DNA of 64,000 nt, from NCBI GenBank assembly GCA_018401385.1, contig JAGYKZ010000004.1, forward strand, positions 748 through 64,747, written 5' to 3'. This document shows, piece after piece, positions 63,135-64,000 of this stretch; position 1 is the stretch's first letter; each line of letters begins with the position of its first letter. The position numbers were made by a program, and so were the translations under genes. The notes below the pieces were generated by a model that searched no databases, was not told the DNA's origin, and saw only the letters and a list, made by a program, of their open reading frames with translations. This DNA comes from Roseicyclus sp. Lineage in GTDB: Bacteria; Pseudomonadota; Alphaproteobacteria; Rhodobacterales; Rhodobacteraceae.

Positions 63135-63137
63135 GCC

Positions 63138-63712
63138 ATGACAACGCGTATCACACCTCTGGCAGCATCTGCCCTTGCCGTTTTAGCAACGCCCGCCCTC
63201 GCGGCAGGTGGGGATTACGGTTTTACCTCTTTGTTCAACACAGACTATGTCGTGTTGATCGGCTTCCTGATCTTCGTGGCGATCCTGTTCTATTTTGATG
63301 TGCCTGCCATTTTGATGAAAATGCTTGATGGCCGGGCCGAAACCATTCGCAACGAATTGGACGAGGCGCGCGCGCTGCGCGATGAGGCGCAGGCGCTACT
63401 TGCCTCTTATGAGCGCAAAAGCCGCGAAGTCGCGGAACAATCGCAGCGCATTACCGACAATGCCCGTGCCGAAGCTCAATCTGCGGCTGAGGCAGCAAAG
63501 CAGGATCTGCAAATATCGATTGCACGCCGTCTCAAAGCGGCTGAGGAGCAGATCGCCAGTGCGGAAGAAAAAGCCACGCGGGAGCTGCGCAATCGCGCAG
63601 TGGACGTGGCGATTGCCGCAGCGGCGCAGATATTGGCGGCTTCGACCACGGCGGCGGGACGCCAACAAAGCGCATCGATGCGGCGATTTCGAGGTGGAAA
63701 GCCGCCCACTAG
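63138..63712 (+). CDS. atpF: F0F1 ATP synthase subunit b (3' end disturbed by indels; end approximate)
   Basis: NTDYVV.IGF..F, MLDGRAETIRNELDEARALR; a shifted frame gives IDAAI. Confidence 0.9.
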
Positions 63713-63742
63713 GCCGCCCTCACATTTCTGTTGATTTATCGA

Positions 63743-63765
63743 AAAGGTCCCGTTTTCGGGCCTTT
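63743..63765 (+). terminator. Probable terminator after atpF
   Basis: AAAGGTCCCG-TTTT-CGGGCCTTT hairpin. Confidence 0.55.
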
Positions 63766-63892
63766 CTGTGTGGATTCATCGTGGGTTTGCACATATGTCG
63801 TTTTCCAGTCTTTTTCGGTCGGGCGGGCGAGGCGGCGCAGCGTGACCTGGGCAAGAGATGACAATCAACGATCACGCACGGGAGCTGCCCTT

Positions 63893-64000
63893 ATGAAAAA
63901 CAAATGTCAAAGCCCTAGTTGTCGGTGGCGGTGCTGTTGGTGCCTCGATCGCCTATCATCTCGCAAAGGCGGGATGGCAGGATGTCATGCCGTTGGAACG
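63893..64000 (+). CDS. GcvT-family FAD-dependent oxidoreductase (dimethylglycine/sarcosine dehydrogenase-like), 5' end only
   Basis: MK(T)NVKALVVGGGAVGASIAYHLAKAGWQDV, after allowing for one extra A in a homopolymer run. Confidence 0.75.
   Translation, partial: MKNKCQSPSCRWRCCWCLDRLSSRKGGMAGCHAVGT

Noticed and set aside
63138-63210. Signal-peptide-like N-terminus on subunit b as a novelty
   Set aside because: A ...PALAA leader on AtpF is a familiar feature of rhodobacterial b subunits.
63770-63892. Glycine riboswitch upstream of the GcvT-family gene
   Set aside because: The conserved GGAGA...CCGAAG...CUCUCAGG elements are absent.

Overview
GC-rich alphaproteobacterial chromosome segment, most likely Rhodobacteraceae/Roseobacteraceae (hemN-fnrL-usp-ccoNOQP-ccoGHIS, atpIBEXF, rpsU-COQ9, DUF1013/TrcR, ctaH). 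It is mostly core genome: pyrB (partial), an RND pump, tsaC, clpS, recR-ybaB-dnaX, SRP RNA, nudC, pheA, cytochrome c, yejABEF, the FnrL/cbb3 island with four FNR boxes, hemF/hemE/hemC and the F0 ATP synthase operon. I saw no CRISPR array, tRNA, rRNA, prophage or IS element. About a dozen genes, including normally indispensable ones such as hemC and atpF, carry indels that look like long-read consensus errors rather than real pseudogenes. The most unusual items are: (1) a cleanly circularly permuted flavin amine oxidase with a twin-arginine leader, between fnrL and usp; (2) a family-4 uracil-DNA glycosylase whose catalytic motifs are all altered; (3) a three-hairpin candidate sRNA after ccoP, with a repeated motif and a CU-rich linker; (4) promoter geometry implying a leaderless, FnrL-activated hemN mRNA; (5) an extra N-terminal transmembrane helix on ATP synthase subunit a; (6) a His-before-Cys, permuted papain-like lipoprotein. 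All product calls come from motif recognition by eye, with no database searches.
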